A DNA stretch of 64,000 nucleotides, from IMG/VR virus record IMGVR_UViG_3300047548_001372, positions 1 through 64,000 of that record; one strand, written 5' to 3'. Made by a program: the position numbers and the translations under genes. The DNA comes from a virus. The notes beneath the pieces were generated by a model. That model saw nothing but the letters and a program-made list of their open reading frames with translations. It made no database searches and had not been told where the DNA came from. Shown here one piece after another: positions 36,209-46,120 of this stretch. Positions within the stretch are counted from its first letter, which is position 1, and each line of letters begins with the position of its first letter.

Positions 36209-37732
36209 TTATACATCACTCAAAAACTCAGCAGCATATACTACATCACCACGTAAGAAATACTCTACCCCAGGAAATAGTCCTTCAAATTGGTTAAGAG
36301 AAAACACCTTTGTTTCTAAATCATTACTAGTTAGCGTATGCTCATAATCATACGTAATATCAATATCTACTTCATCACCACTGATTGGTTTATATGCTGT
36401 TGTACCATATCCTAGTTTTATATTTCTTCCGCGCACCCAAAGAACATCACCAACACGTACTTTTCGATGCTGATATTCTTCTTCAAAGAAATCTAACTGA
36501 AAATCATCCACCGCAAATGATGAACGAAATATTTCTGCTTTATTCCAGACATTGGTATTGGTATTAATCAGCGTTTCAGCCGCATTTGCAATAGAAATAT
36601 AGGTATTTAGTGAAGGAATAATTGTATCATAACCACTATTTGCTAGTGAAGTAAATGTTGTTACCGAAGTTACTGCGGTTTCTGTAGCTTTATATACTTC
36701 TACACCACTTAAAATAACACGATCTGCTCGTGTAGATGTGCCGTTATCAAAATCTTGATCAATGCGTACAAATAAATCACTGTTTGCTGCCGGAGGATTA
36801 CCAGTTGATGGATTAACAAACGTGTTTAATGGAAGTTCGATTACACCATTCGTTGGGTATGATGTATCTTGCGGTATTGTATAGGATTCAATATGACCGT
36901 TTACGTTAATACGCAGCCTGGTACTTGTGTGATAGCAAAAGTACGTAATGTATATTCGTAGGTGTGTTGCATCTCCAGTGTTAATTTTTGTATAATATAA
37001 TTCTAATGTTGCTGGTCCACCATTATTTTCATACCGCGCACACATTACCATTTTGTAACATGGTTGTGGATTCATCGGAACAATAGACATCCTGTCAACT
37101 AACCAGTCTAATTTATTTGAAAGATCATTTAACTTTGATGTGTTTAACGTAACTGGTGTAGTAGGCCCTGGAGTAGCAAATGCAGTGAGTGTGGGGTTAA
37201 CAATCGGTAAACTTACTGTATTTAACGGGAATACATATGCGTCAAACACAGTAATAAGACCAGTAAGGTCATTTGGATCAGCAGTATTGGCAGGATCATA
37301 AGAAACCTTTACAAGTACTGTTACAATTTCTCTATCAGTAAAACCATATGTATTGATAGGTAAATCAATAGAGAATGGATATGGGACAGATGTATTTGGT
37401 GGAACTCCGACAATATCTGCACGCTGTGAATGACGTACGGTATCATTAAGTAAAATCTGTAATTGATTTCCAGATCCCATGTTTCCTGGTGTGAGAATGT
37501 TTATAACAAATCGCGCAGTAGTCATCCCTGTGCGATACTGAAATGCTCCACGAAAAATCCATGTCTCTGTAACCCATGGCCCTGATATTCGTGCAAACGG
37601 AACAACTCCAGGATACCTTCTGCTCATTGACTCGACGATTGTAGCATTCGTTGCAAGTGTATTTAGGTTTGTTGCAGAAAGTGGTGTGTTTGCATAAAAT
37701 GTAGGGCTATCAGTGTATGCTTGAATTGCCAT
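36209..37732 (-). CDS. minor tail protein
   Basis: 507 aa; LSA.NLN.L motif; position in the tail operon. Confidence 0.7.
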   Translation of the reverse strand: MAIQAYTDSPTFYANTPLSATNLNTLATNATIVESMSRRYPGVVPFARISGPWVTETWIFRGAFQYRTGMTTARFVINILTPGNMGSGNQLQILLNDTVRHSQRADIVGVPPNTSVPYPFSIDLPINTYGFTDREIVTVLVKVSYDPANTADPNDLTGLITVFDAYVFPLNTVSLPIVNPTLTAFATPGPTTPVTLNTSKLNDLSNKLDWLVDRMSIVPMNPQPCYKMVMCARYENNGGPATLELYYTKINTGDATHLRIYITYFCYHTSTRLRINVNGHIESYTIPQDTSYPTNGVIELPLNTFVNPSTGNPPAANSDLFVRIDQDFDNGTSTRADRVILSGVEVYKATETAVTSVTTFTSLANSGYDTIIPSLNTYISIANAAETLINTNTNVWNKAEIFRSSFAVDDFQLDFFEEEYQHRKVRVGDVLWVRGRNIKLGYGTTAYKPISGDEVDIDITYDYEHTLTSNDLETKVFSLNQFEGLFPGVEYFLRGDVVYAAEFLSDV

Positions 37733-39303
37733 TAGAATGACACCTTTTTGTTATCTGTAGAAACATAGCTGTTTCCAACAATATACATGTCATTTGTTTG
37801 TAACATACCATCAACCGTAATAAGATCAATATCCATAGATGTACCAGTTGCATTATGGCCTATTCTGATAATACGATAGAGTGTGCTGTCTGTAACAAAA
37901 GATGTACCATTGTATGTCATATTATCAGAGTTGAAGATTTGTACTAATTCCCCCACAAATCGATCTGGATCATAAATGCAATTTGACAGGGTAATAATTC
38001 TTCGCGCACTACTAAAAAACGTGTGTACCATAGTTGCTAACTGAAGCGCATGTGATCTACTTTGAATGTACGGGTTGTCTTCTACAGTCTGTACTGGGGT
38101 GGTAGATCCAACCTCAACCTCGCCTTCCTCATCTACGGCCAATGGCTTTCCTCGTAATGTGATGCCAGTCATTACTACAGGAAAACTACCACTATTCGTG
38201 ATGCTGAGTGTAACTTGGCCAGCATATTGACTCGTTACTGTTACCGTAAGTGTAGCAGAAGCACTTGTAATTGTTTGAAATGCAGAAGCTACACTGTTAG
38301 TAATTGGTTCATACTCAAACACTGGTAACGATGTATTACATGTAAATGTTTTTGTTTCAGAAGGAAGAAACAAATAGGGAGTTTTATCAGAATACACGTC
38401 CTGTAATGGCTGTATTCTACGAGTTGCAAACTTACACGTTACTTTTCCAGCAATATTTTCAATAGATAATGATTTAGAAAAACTAGTATACGTACTTTCA
38501 CTAAAGTTATAGTATCCTGTATACCCAGTTGTATCAGCAAAAGCTAATGGATTAATAAACCGAAGAACGGAATACCCTACCCCACCATTAATATCTACGG
38601 ATTCATAAATCTGCCCACCTGTTGCGCGGGCAAGAAGAAACATCTCATCTACTAAGTTTTCACCAGAAACCCACAGCCACTCTGGATTGATAAGGCTTTG
38701 ATTACAAGAGTACCAGAATGGAGGATTAGAAGCACTGTAATCAACAAATCTTTCCCAGGGTCTACCGCCAGCTTCCCAGAAAATCCTGTTGATAATACCA
38801 GCAGCATATCCAGGAGCAGAGGGATCTTCGATACTTGAAGCAGTAGTTAGTGTAGCAATTGGCCTATTATAAAAAATTGTAGTGTAAAACTTAATATTTC
38901 GAAAATACTCAAGCACACCTACAATTTCATAGGTGAGATCTTGACCAGTAATAGTGTATGATTTAATTACTCCAACAAAAATTGGTTTATACGCACTTGT
39001 TTCAAATGCTTGAGAAATGCGAATACGTCGGTTAATCCAGTAACTATTGTCATAGCCTTGAGTGATAGCTGGATACGTAGTTTTTAATACTAAAAAACGC
39101 AGAAGTATTACTGATGCAGATGGTTCAACATACGATCCAAAAGAAAGTCCATTTTGAATATTACCAGAACTAATCATACTTCCATTAATACTAAGGATAT
39201 GATCATCTGGTATTTGATAAAATGTTCCTTGATGATCTATTTCTACACGATACTTTGGTTGATTAAAGTTTCGTGTGATTTGTGCTCTTGTTGGTAATGT
39301 CAT
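37732..39303 (-). CDS. tail hub/baseplate (Tal-like) protein
   Basis: 523 aa; iF.G.I, dNPYIQS...A..la; follows the Dit-like gene. Confidence 0.7.
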   Translation of the reverse strand: MTLPTRAQITRNFNQPKYRVEIDHQGTFYQIPDDHILSINGSMISSGNIQNGLSFGSYVEPSASVILLRFLVLKTTYPAITQGYDNSYWINRRIRISQAFETSAYKPIFVGVIKSYTITGQDLTYEIVGVLEYFRNIKFYTTIFYNRPIATLTTASSIEDPSAPGYAAGIINRIFWEAGGRPWERFVDYSASNPPFWYSCNQSLINPEWLWVSGENLVDEMFLLARATGGQIYESVDINGGVGYSVLRFINPLAFADTTGYTGYYNFSESTYTSFSKSLSIENIAGKVTCKFATRRIQPLQDVYSDKTPYLFLPSETKTFTCNTSLPVFEYEPITNSVASAFQTITSASATLTVTVTSQYAGQVTLSITNSGSFPVVMTGITLRGKPLAVDEEGEVEVGSTTPVQTVEDNPYIQSRSHALQLATMVHTFFSSARRIITLSNCIYDPDRFVGELVQIFNSDNMTYNGTSFVTDSTLYRIIRIGHNATGTSMDIDLITVDGMLQTNDMYIVGNSYVSTDNKKVSF

Positions 39304-39385
39304 GATGTTTCCTTGTTCTACATAACGCGCACATTATTCTACTTTTTAACAAGCTCTTTTCTAACAAAATAATGTGCGCGTCATA

Positions 39386-39736
39386 TTATACTTGCTCTAA
39401 CCTCAACGTAACATCATAATAGAAAAACCCATCTCTACGCATCTTATCAGCAGCTAATGTTACTTCAAAGCCACCAGGAGGAACAAGGACAGTATAATTG
39501 GTACTGTTTTCATCAGTAAATGTAAAACTACTCGTAAGCTCTGCAATTGTTCTAATTCCTGATAAATCAGTCTCTGGTAAACTTGTCCACACAAGCTCCC
39601 AGTTACGTTTATTTGCGCGGTGATAGTAGTATAGTGTACCATTCGCCGCACGCTTGAGATCACCAATTTTATCCAATGAAGACGTAATAGCAGTTGGATA
39701 AAAATTAGTACTGTTTAATACAATATAATTATTCAT
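39386..39736 (-). CDS. distal tail (Dit-like) protein
   Basis: 116 aa directly after the tape measure gene; R.anG.l...., Y.vtl.l.qv. Confidence 0.65.
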   Translation of the reverse strand: MNNYIVLNSTNFYPTAITSSLDKIGDLKRAANGTLYYYHRANKRNWELVWTSLPETDLSGIRTIAELTSSFTFTDENSTNYTVLVPPGGFEVTLAADKMRRDGFFYYDVTLRLEQV

Positions 39737-39743
39737 AATTTAT

Positions 39744-41657
39744 TTATCTTGAAACAATCTGAGGAGCAGGCATACGAATCTTACCAATAGCATCTACTGT
39801 TGTTCCTGCACTATCGTATACTGCGGTAATAACTTCAGCTAGTTTATTTTCTAGCCGCGCACCAATAGTCTGTAGTGTTGCAGTAAGTACACGATCGTGT
39901 ACTTCAGATAGTGCTTGCATTGATGTTACCGCAGTAGGGGTTGCGTTTGATGGCGCTACTGCTGAAGGTTGTGGGGCTTGAATAACAACATTTGGTGTGT
40001 CAATCTTCAACTCTGGTACTGTATACTCAGTAGCAGCAGGAGCTGTTGGTGTTTCTGGTGCTAATGCTGGTGGTGCCGAATTAGTCGTAATTCCTACTGC
40101 TTTATTTGCTGCATCCTTACCAAGCAATTTATAAATATCATAGTAAAGATCTAATTGCTTTTGTAGCAGTTGATTTTCTTCACCAATAACTTTCTTTGAT
40201 CGTTCAGCAGCAGTAATTTTTGCATCAGCTTGATCCTTTGCGGCAGTAGCAATTTTCTGCGTTTGCTCTCCATATTGCTTTGCTTCTTCAGCAAGTTGAT
40301 CGGCAAGCTCTGTCTGGTTTTTATCTCCGCCCTCCATAAGTTGCTTCAGCTCTTCAGCTTGTGCATCTTCAAGCAGCTTTTTAATACCTTGTAGATATTC
40401 TAGCTTTGCTTGCTTTGTTGTTTCTGGAAGATCCTTATCTGTGCGCACATCAGCCATTTCTTTTTCAAGATCAATCATCTCATTTAATTGATCTTGGCGC
40501 AGATCAAGAAACTCTTTTGAAAGTGCTGCTTTGCCTTCTTGTGCAATGCGCTGTGCTTCTAGAAAGATTTGCTCATATTGCGCGGAAAAGGTAGTAACAT
40601 CAATACCCTCTACATTAGTAAGTGATTGATAGAAGGATGCTCTACTACGTCGTTTATCACGTTCGTTGGTTTGTTCTGCTTCTTTCTGTTTCCGCGCAAA
40701 CTCTTTCTGGATATCCAACACATTTTGTTGGTATTCCTTCTCAGCATCCTCCATATCGCTATAAAACTCTGTGCGAATATCAGAAAGCTCATAAAGTAAC
40801 TTTTCCAGCTCGGTTACTTGCCCTTCCTTTGTAGCAGTACTACCACCCCCACCACCAGTACCCGCACGCTCTCGTGCTAGTTGTTCTTCTAGTTGTTTAA
40901 TTTGGCTAAGCGTTGACCAGTACTCTTTGTTGCTTGTAGTTAATCCTTGTAGCTTTGTGTTTAGTGATGCAATTTTACCAGCAGTACCTAATAAGCTAAA
41001 CTCATAATCAGCTTGTGCCTCTGCTGCATCAGCTGTTGCTTTTGCTGTATCTTCTAAAACAGTTGCGTACTCCTCCATCTGCGAGCCAATAGCCGCCCAA
41101 TCAAGAGACTCCAAACCACCAAACATGTCTACTGCACTTTCTGTAATAAGCGTTTGTAGTTTATCTGCACCCCCTTCAACTTCACCAGCAATATTTCTTG
41201 CGCTTACTTGAGCTTGCCAATTTTTTACTTGTTTAAGTGCATTTACAAGCAAAAGAGCATCAGCTTTTGCAATACCAAAGTTTGATCCCATAAGTGCAGC
41301 AGCTTCAGCAGTGCTTATTAGTCCAGAAGCAGCCATCTGTGCAATTTCTGCGAGGGTATTTTGTGCTTCGGAAAGCAGTGCTGTTTCAGCGCTAGCAACA
41401 ATTGTTGCGGAAGCATTTTCGTTTGCTTTGGTAGTAAGTTCTTGAAGTTTTATCCCTGCTTGAGCCATAGCGCTAACAGAATCATTGAGGGCTTGACGGC
41501 GGTTTTCTTCTCCTACAATAAGCGATTGAATTGATGCGTATGCTTGTTGCTCGGTTACAATACCAGAGTTCATTGCATCTACGTAATTTAAAATACCTGT
41601 ACTAATTTCTGGATATTTATTAATTAATCCTTGAATATAAACTTTCTCCTTGATCAA
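39744..41657 (-). CDS. tape measure protein, C-terminal part
   Basis: long Ala/Gln-rich helical ORF; overlaps the upstream half in the +1 frame; no good canonical start. Confidence 0.75.
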   Translation of the reverse strand: MIKEKVYIQGLINKYPEISTGILNYVDAMNSGIVTEQQAYASIQSLIVGEENRRQALNDSVSAMAQAGIKLQELTTKANENASATIVASAETALLSEAQNTLAEIAQMAASGLISTAEAAALMGSNFGIAKADALLLVNALKQVKNWQAQVSARNIAGEVEGGADKLQTLITESAVDMFGGLESLDWAAIGSQMEEYATVLEDTAKATADAAEAQADYEFSLLGTAGKIASLNTKLQGLTTSNKEYWSTLSQIKQLEEQLARERAGTGGGGGSTATKEGQVTELEKLLYELSDIRTEFYSDMEDAEKEYQQNVLDIQKEFARKQKEAEQTNERDKRRSRASFYQSLTNVEGIDVTTFSAQYEQIFLEAQRIAQEGKAALSKEFLDLRQDQLNEMIDLEKEMADVRTDKDLPETTKQAKLEYLQGIKKLLEDAQAEELKQLMEGGDKNQTELADQLAEEAKQYGEQTQKIATAAKDQADAKITAAERSKKVIGEENQLLQKQLDLYYDIYKLLGKDAANKAVGITTNSAPPALAPETPTAPAATEYTVPELKIDTPNVVIQAPQPSAVAPSNATPTAVTSMQALSEVHDRVLTATLQTIGARLENKLAEVITAVYDSAGTTVDAIGKIRMPAPQIVSR

Positions 41658-43407
41658 GTTGAAATTTATCTATATCTTTAATACGATTAGAAAGATCGTC
41701 AATAGATAAACGGTACCTCTGCGCAAACTCTGCGGCTTGGTCAAAAGACATACCAGATTTTACAAGACTTTCTAAAACTCTATATTGAGCATCTGTAAAC
41801 ATACCTATATCTTCATCAAATGCTTGCAGCTGCCATCGGGCTTTATAAATATTGTTAGAATATTGTTGATATGCACCACCAGCTTCAATAGCAGCTTTTG
41901 CTGCGTTAAGGTTTGCAGTTTGCAGCTCAACAGTACGTTTTTCTAAAGCGTTTACCCTATCTAAAAGGTAGTCTGCTACCCCTCTAAAAGCAAAATCAGC
42001 AGCTCCTGCAGCAGGACGAGCTAGTTCTGCACTTAACCTACCAAATGCAGCAATTGTATCGTTAAAAGATCCAACAAGTTTATCATATGTAGTAGCGGCG
42101 AGCTGTGTTTTTTGATCAAGGATTTGCATCCCAATACCCATATCTTCTAACAACACATCAAGCCCTTCCAGACGTTCTATTTCCGACCCTAATGCTTTGA
42201 TACTATTAAGAGAGCTTCTACTAATTTCAAAGCGTCGTGAAAGTGACTGAATATCGCCGCTGAAAAATTCTTTTAATGCTACTGATGCACCTTTCATACC
42301 CTGAGCAGGATCAATAATAGCTAACCTACGAGCTGTGTTTGCTAAACGATCTACTGCAATACCAGTCTGATTTGAAACATAAATAAAACCTGAAAGATCT
42401 TCAAGATTTTCCTGCAAACTACCGCCATACAACTCTTGTTGATTACGAGCAGCTTGCATAATATCATTAAATCTTGCCTGTGACTTACTTAACGCTTCAA
42501 CAGTGCTTGTAATTTTTTCGAGCTCATTACCAGCAGTAATAACTGCTCCAATGTTTGTAAATACTGCATTAAGTGCATATGCTGCACCAACATATGAATT
42601 TAAACCTTTTACTAATGCAAATAATGTACCATTTAATCTACGTGAATCGGAGTCTGTTTGTTTCTGGTAACGCGCAAGTTGTGCTTGTGCGTTTGACCAT
42701 TGAATTGTTTTAGTAATAACATCTCCAAACTCTTTTTCAAGAGTATTAAGAGATGCTTGTAAATTATTTATAGCTTGAGCATGATTCTTTGCCGCTGCTT
42801 GCGCTCGTGCATCTGCCTGGGCTTTTTGTAAAATAGCTACCGCAGATTTTTGAACTTCCTGTTTTACACGTTCTTCAGCTTGTTTACGTTTATTTAATAC
42901 AGAGCTTTGTTGTTTTTCTAAGTCAATAATTTTTGCAATTATACCTTTATACTGAGCAAGAGTATTGTTGGAGTTTAATAATTCTATTTTTAACTTAGTG
43001 AGTGATGCCGAAAATTGATTTGTACCAATTGCAAGTTTTGCGTTAGCAACTGCTAGATCAATAGCTGCTTGCCTAGATGCTTGTAGTGTTGCTTGATAAA
43101 GCGCAGAGTATTTTGCTCCTGTAATTGTTTTATCAGTAAATTGCTCTGAGTTTTTCGTCAATATACCCATTGCATTGTTTAATTGACCAGCAGCAGCACG
43201 CTGCTTTACAATAGCACTAATATACGCTAGGTTGGCAGCTTTTGCACGTTCTTGTATAGCTTGCTGTCTGTCTAGGTTTTGCGTAAGTATCTGCGCTCCT
43301 TGAGCAGCCTGCTGCATAGCTTGTGATGCCTCACGCATCACTTGACCAAGTCCTACGTCTTTACCAGAAATAGTTACCTGAACTGTTCCTAAATCGGCTG
43401 TTGTCAT
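41620..43407 (-). CDS. tape measure protein, N-terminal part
   Basis: MTTADLGTVQVTISGKD start, coiled coils, and tape-measure-like ALKEFFSGD..SL..RF. Confidence 0.85.
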   Translation of the reverse strand: MTTADLGTVQVTISGKDVGLGQVMREASQAMQQAAQGAQILTQNLDRQQAIQERAKAANLAYISAIVKQRAAAGQLNNAMGILTKNSEQFTDKTITGAKYSALYQATLQASRQAAIDLAVANAKLAIGTNQFSASLTKLKIELLNSNNTLAQYKGIIAKIIDLEKQQSSVLNKRKQAEERVKQEVQKSAVAILQKAQADARAQAAAKNHAQAINNLQASLNTLEKEFGDVITKTIQWSNAQAQLARYQKQTDSDSRRLNGTLFALVKGLNSYVGAAYALNAVFTNIGAVITAGNELEKITSTVEALSKSQARFNDIMQAARNQQELYGGSLQENLEDLSGFIYVSNQTGIAVDRLANTARRLAIIDPAQGMKGASVALKEFFSGDIQSLSRRFEISRSSLNSIKALGSEIERLEGLDVLLEDMGIGMQILDQKTQLAATTYDKLVGSFNDTIAAFGRLSAELARPAAGAADFAFRGVADYLLDRVNALEKRTVELQTANLNAAKAAIEAGGAYQQYSNNIYKARWQLQAFDEDIGMFTDAQYRVLESLVKSGMSFDQAAEFAQRYRLSIDDLSNRIKDIDKFQLDQGESLYSRIN

Positions 43408-43416
43408 GAGTACACC

Positions 43417-43884
43417 TTATTTTTGTTGTTGTTTAAGTAATTCGAGGATTTTTGCCTCGTTTTCTACCTGCCGCGCACGCTGATTCTCCTTTTTTGCATT
43501 TATCCTGCTTTCGATAACAAGCCTCCTTGCCACCAATTCACGTGCTAACATACCAGTTGTCATATAGCCAAACTGAGAAAGAGATTTTTCACCAGTTTCA
43601 ATTTGCTGTGAATAAAGAATAAGAAGAATAGAAAGCATTTCTGTAGTAAAAAACTTTCTATTTTCTCTCTGTATTGTAGTGTTTTTAAATTGTGTGGGCG
43701 GGGGTGTATTTCTTTTTTCGCGCACAGTAATAAACCCTTCACACATCATAGAAGGAATAACAGGAATAACAGGTAAAGTTGGAGCGTTCAATCTCCAACT
43801 TTTCCGCTGTTTAGTTATCTGGTTAAATACTGTTGAAAGATTATTATTTCTTTCGTTTCTCTTCAAGCTCTTTTTCCACATCAC
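43417..43884 (-). CDS. putative second tail assembly chaperone (T-like); start uncertain
   Basis: lies between the chaperone and tape measure genes; C-terminal ~70 aa look protein-like. Confidence 0.45.
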   Translation of the reverse strand: MMWKKSLKRNERNNNLSTVFNQITKQRKSWRLNAPTLPVIPVIPSMMCEGFITVREKRNTPPPTQFKNTTIQRENRKFFTTEMLSILLILYSQQIETGEKSLSQFGYMTTGMLARELVARRLVIESRINAKKENQRARQVENEAKILELLKQQQK

Positions 43885-44260
43885 TTAGTTCCTTTAGTTT
43901 TGCAATATAGTCATCAAATACCTGCTTTGGAATACGCCCAATATTCCAGATCTCATCAGCGAGTGTAGAAATAACTTGTCCGTTCTTACTAAGTAATTGT
44001 TTTGCTTGTGCGTATGTTACTGCTGGCCGCACAATACCATGCACCAATGTCCAAAGCACCCATTCTAAATGATTAAGATTTCCATCCTTATCAGTGCTTT
44101 TTTGATTAACTTCTTCCTGCTTCTCAAAAGAGAGTGCGCGAATACGAAACTTCTTTTTTAATCCAGTAACATGTACATCTGTTTCTACCAGATCACTTTC
44201 AATAAGATATTCTTCAATTGCATCGTAATAATCGACTGATGTGTTATGATGTTGTAGCAT
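43844..44260 (-). CDS. tail assembly chaperone
   Basis: v.v.gl...fRIRaLs; ...gIv.P...; follows the tail tube gene; likely start MLQHH. Confidence 0.7.
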   Translation of the reverse strand: MLQHHNTSVDYYDAIEEYLIESDLVETDVHVTGLKKKFRIRALSFEKQEEVNQKSTDKDGNLNHLEWVLWTLVHGIVRPAVTYAQAKQLLSKNGQVISTLADEIWNIGRIPKQVFDDYIAKLKELSDVEKELEEKRKK

Positions 44261-44274
44261 ATATCCTCCATAAT

Positions 44275-44312
44275 AAAAAAAAAATGCCCTACGGTATGTT
44301 GTAGGGCATTTT
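44275..44312 (-). terminator. terminator after the major tail gene
   Basis: aaaatgccctac/gtagggcatttt hairpin plus A-run. Confidence 0.75.
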
Positions 44313-44326
44313 CTCCTTATCACTGA

Positions 44327-44731
44327 TTACGCAATAGTAAAGTTGCCGTTAGCCATAAAATCAGCGCTAATGCTGGTTGTTTCACCAGCATCTTGACCAA
44401 GAGTTAGCGATGTAATTAGTCCGCTTGGTACAGTAATAGTGTATCCACCAGTAGTTGTTAATACAAGCTTCACATAGGTTGATCCTGTAGCGTTTGTTAC
44501 AAGCAATGTTTGACCTGCATTTTTACCAGAAGGAACTACACCATCAAATGATCCATTCAGCGATACAGCAGTGTTGTATGTATACATAGCACCACCGTCA
44601 TTGATAAATGGGCCAATTGTCTGATTGTCATTTTCTACACTTACTTCCCAAGAACTAATCCAGCCAACTGGAGTATCTGATGCCCCAATGGTAATAGTTC
44701 CAGCAAACCCACGAATAGGAGTACCGCTCAT
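44327..44731 (-). CDS. major tail tube protein
   Basis: 134 aa beta-rich protein; vG.I.sW.v, sl.GsfdG; followed by terminator and chaperone. Confidence 0.8.
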   Translation of the reverse strand: MSGTPIRGFAGTITIGASDTPVGWISSWEVSVENDNQTIGPFINDGGAMYTYNTAVSLNGSFDGVVPSGKNAGQTLLVTNATGSTYVKLVLTTTGGYTITVPSGLITSLTLGQDAGETTSISADFMANGNFTIA

Positions 44732-44746
44732 AGTTACCTCTTTGTA

Positions 44747-46102
44747 TTATAGCACACTAAACGCATCATTTGAAACAAAATCTGCACTAATCGTAGCCGT
44801 CTCACTGGAGTCTTGACTTAGTGTGACTGAAGATAATAGGCATTGTGGAACACTTATTGTATAGCCATTTGTTGTTTCTAATGTTAAAGATAGATATGTT
44901 GAGCTAAGTGCACCACTTACAACTAGTGTTTGACCAGCATCTTTATTTGAAGGAATAACACCATCAAAAGAACCAGTCAATGACTTTGATGTTTTATAAA
45001 TATAGGATGTTCCGTTATCGTTAATAAATGGCCCTAGTGTCTGTGTATCGCTCTCAATAGAACCTTCCCAAGAACTAATCCAACCTACTAACGAGTTTCT
45101 ATTTGAATAAAATGTGCCGATTGTATAACTTACTGGTGAATAATGATGCACTCTAATATATCTAGCTTGCTTTTCGCTAGGAAAGTTAAACTTTTCTACT
45201 TGTAGCACGCTCAAATCTACAGCATTAGAATCGACAAGAAGAACTGGCTGTGCTTGTGCAGCAGCCTCACTTGCATAGCTTGTAAGAGAGAGTACATTAC
45301 CAAAATCAGCAATCGGATTAAATTCTGCTAAAAAACTACCATCAACAGTGTTTTGATGTAAAACTCTAATATATTTTACTGGCACATTATCATATTCAAT
45401 GTTCCATCGAATAGTATTTGCATAACTACCAGCAGTTACCGACTGAGTACGAGCATTGGTTTCGTTTGTCTGTTCAGTAAGCGTAGCAATGCTGGTAGTG
45501 ACAGTAGTTACCGGCCCAGAAAACCAACGCCAAGCTACACCATCTGCTGATAGTGCAATGTAAAACTTCGTAGCAGAAGCACCCTGAGATCCAATTTTCA
45601 TCAATACGCTGTTACATACTTTTGCTTCTGTAAGTTCAACCTGAGTCCATCTCCATCCAGCATCAGCTGTATAAGGTACTGCATAATCAGTACCGCCTGT
45701 TAATTGATAGGTATTATCTCGAAGAACAGAGAGTGTTGCTGTGCTGCTACTAATACTATCAGTATAGGTAAATGTGTTTGGAATAGAGAAAAAATCCCAG
45801 TTTGTGTTATCAGTTGATGTTGAAAAATATACAAAAATTGGTTTTTGATAATCAACATCTCCAATAGTTACTGATTGATAACCTTGAGTATTAGAACCAG
45901 CAACAGTTGTAGATCGGTAAATACCACCAGTACCAGGTGTAAAACCAGCTGATGTGTATGTGGCAACTGAGGATGGATCGTTGTCTCGCAGTACTGTTAG
46001 CAGGGATGGTGTTGTTGATACACTATCTGTATATGTTAGTAACGGAACTGCGTTATCTAACGTTATTCTACCAGCAAACCCACGAATAGGAGTACCGCTC
46101 AT
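44747..46102 (-). CDS. tail-tube paralogue with nested carbohydrate-binding-like insertions
   Basis: N-terminal MSGTPIRGFAG and the last ~113 aa align with 44327..44731; ~320-aa insert between them. Confidence 0.8.
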   Translation of the reverse strand: MSGTPIRGFAGRITLDNAVPLLTYTDSVSTTPSLLTVLRDNDPSSVATYTSAGFTPGTGGIYRSTTVAGSNTQGYQSVTIGDVDYQKPIFVYFSTSTDNTNWDFFSIPNTFTYTDSISSSTATLSVLRDNTYQLTGGTDYAVPYTADAGWRWTQVELTEAKVCNSVLMKIGSQGASATKFYIALSADGVAWRWFSGPVTTVTTSIATLTEQTNETNARTQSVTAGSYANTIRWNIEYDNVPVKYIRVLHQNTVDGSFLAEFNPIADFGNVLSLTSYASEAAAQAQPVLLVDSNAVDLSVLQVEKFNFPSEKQARYIRVHHYSPVSYTIGTFYSNRNSLVGWISSWEGSIESDTQTLGPFINDNGTSYIYKTSKSLTGSFDGVIPSNKDAGQTLVVSGALSSTYLSLTLETTNGYTISVPQCLLSSVTLSQDSSETATISADFVSNDAFSVL

Positions 46103-46120
46103 AGGCTCCTCACTAGTTTA

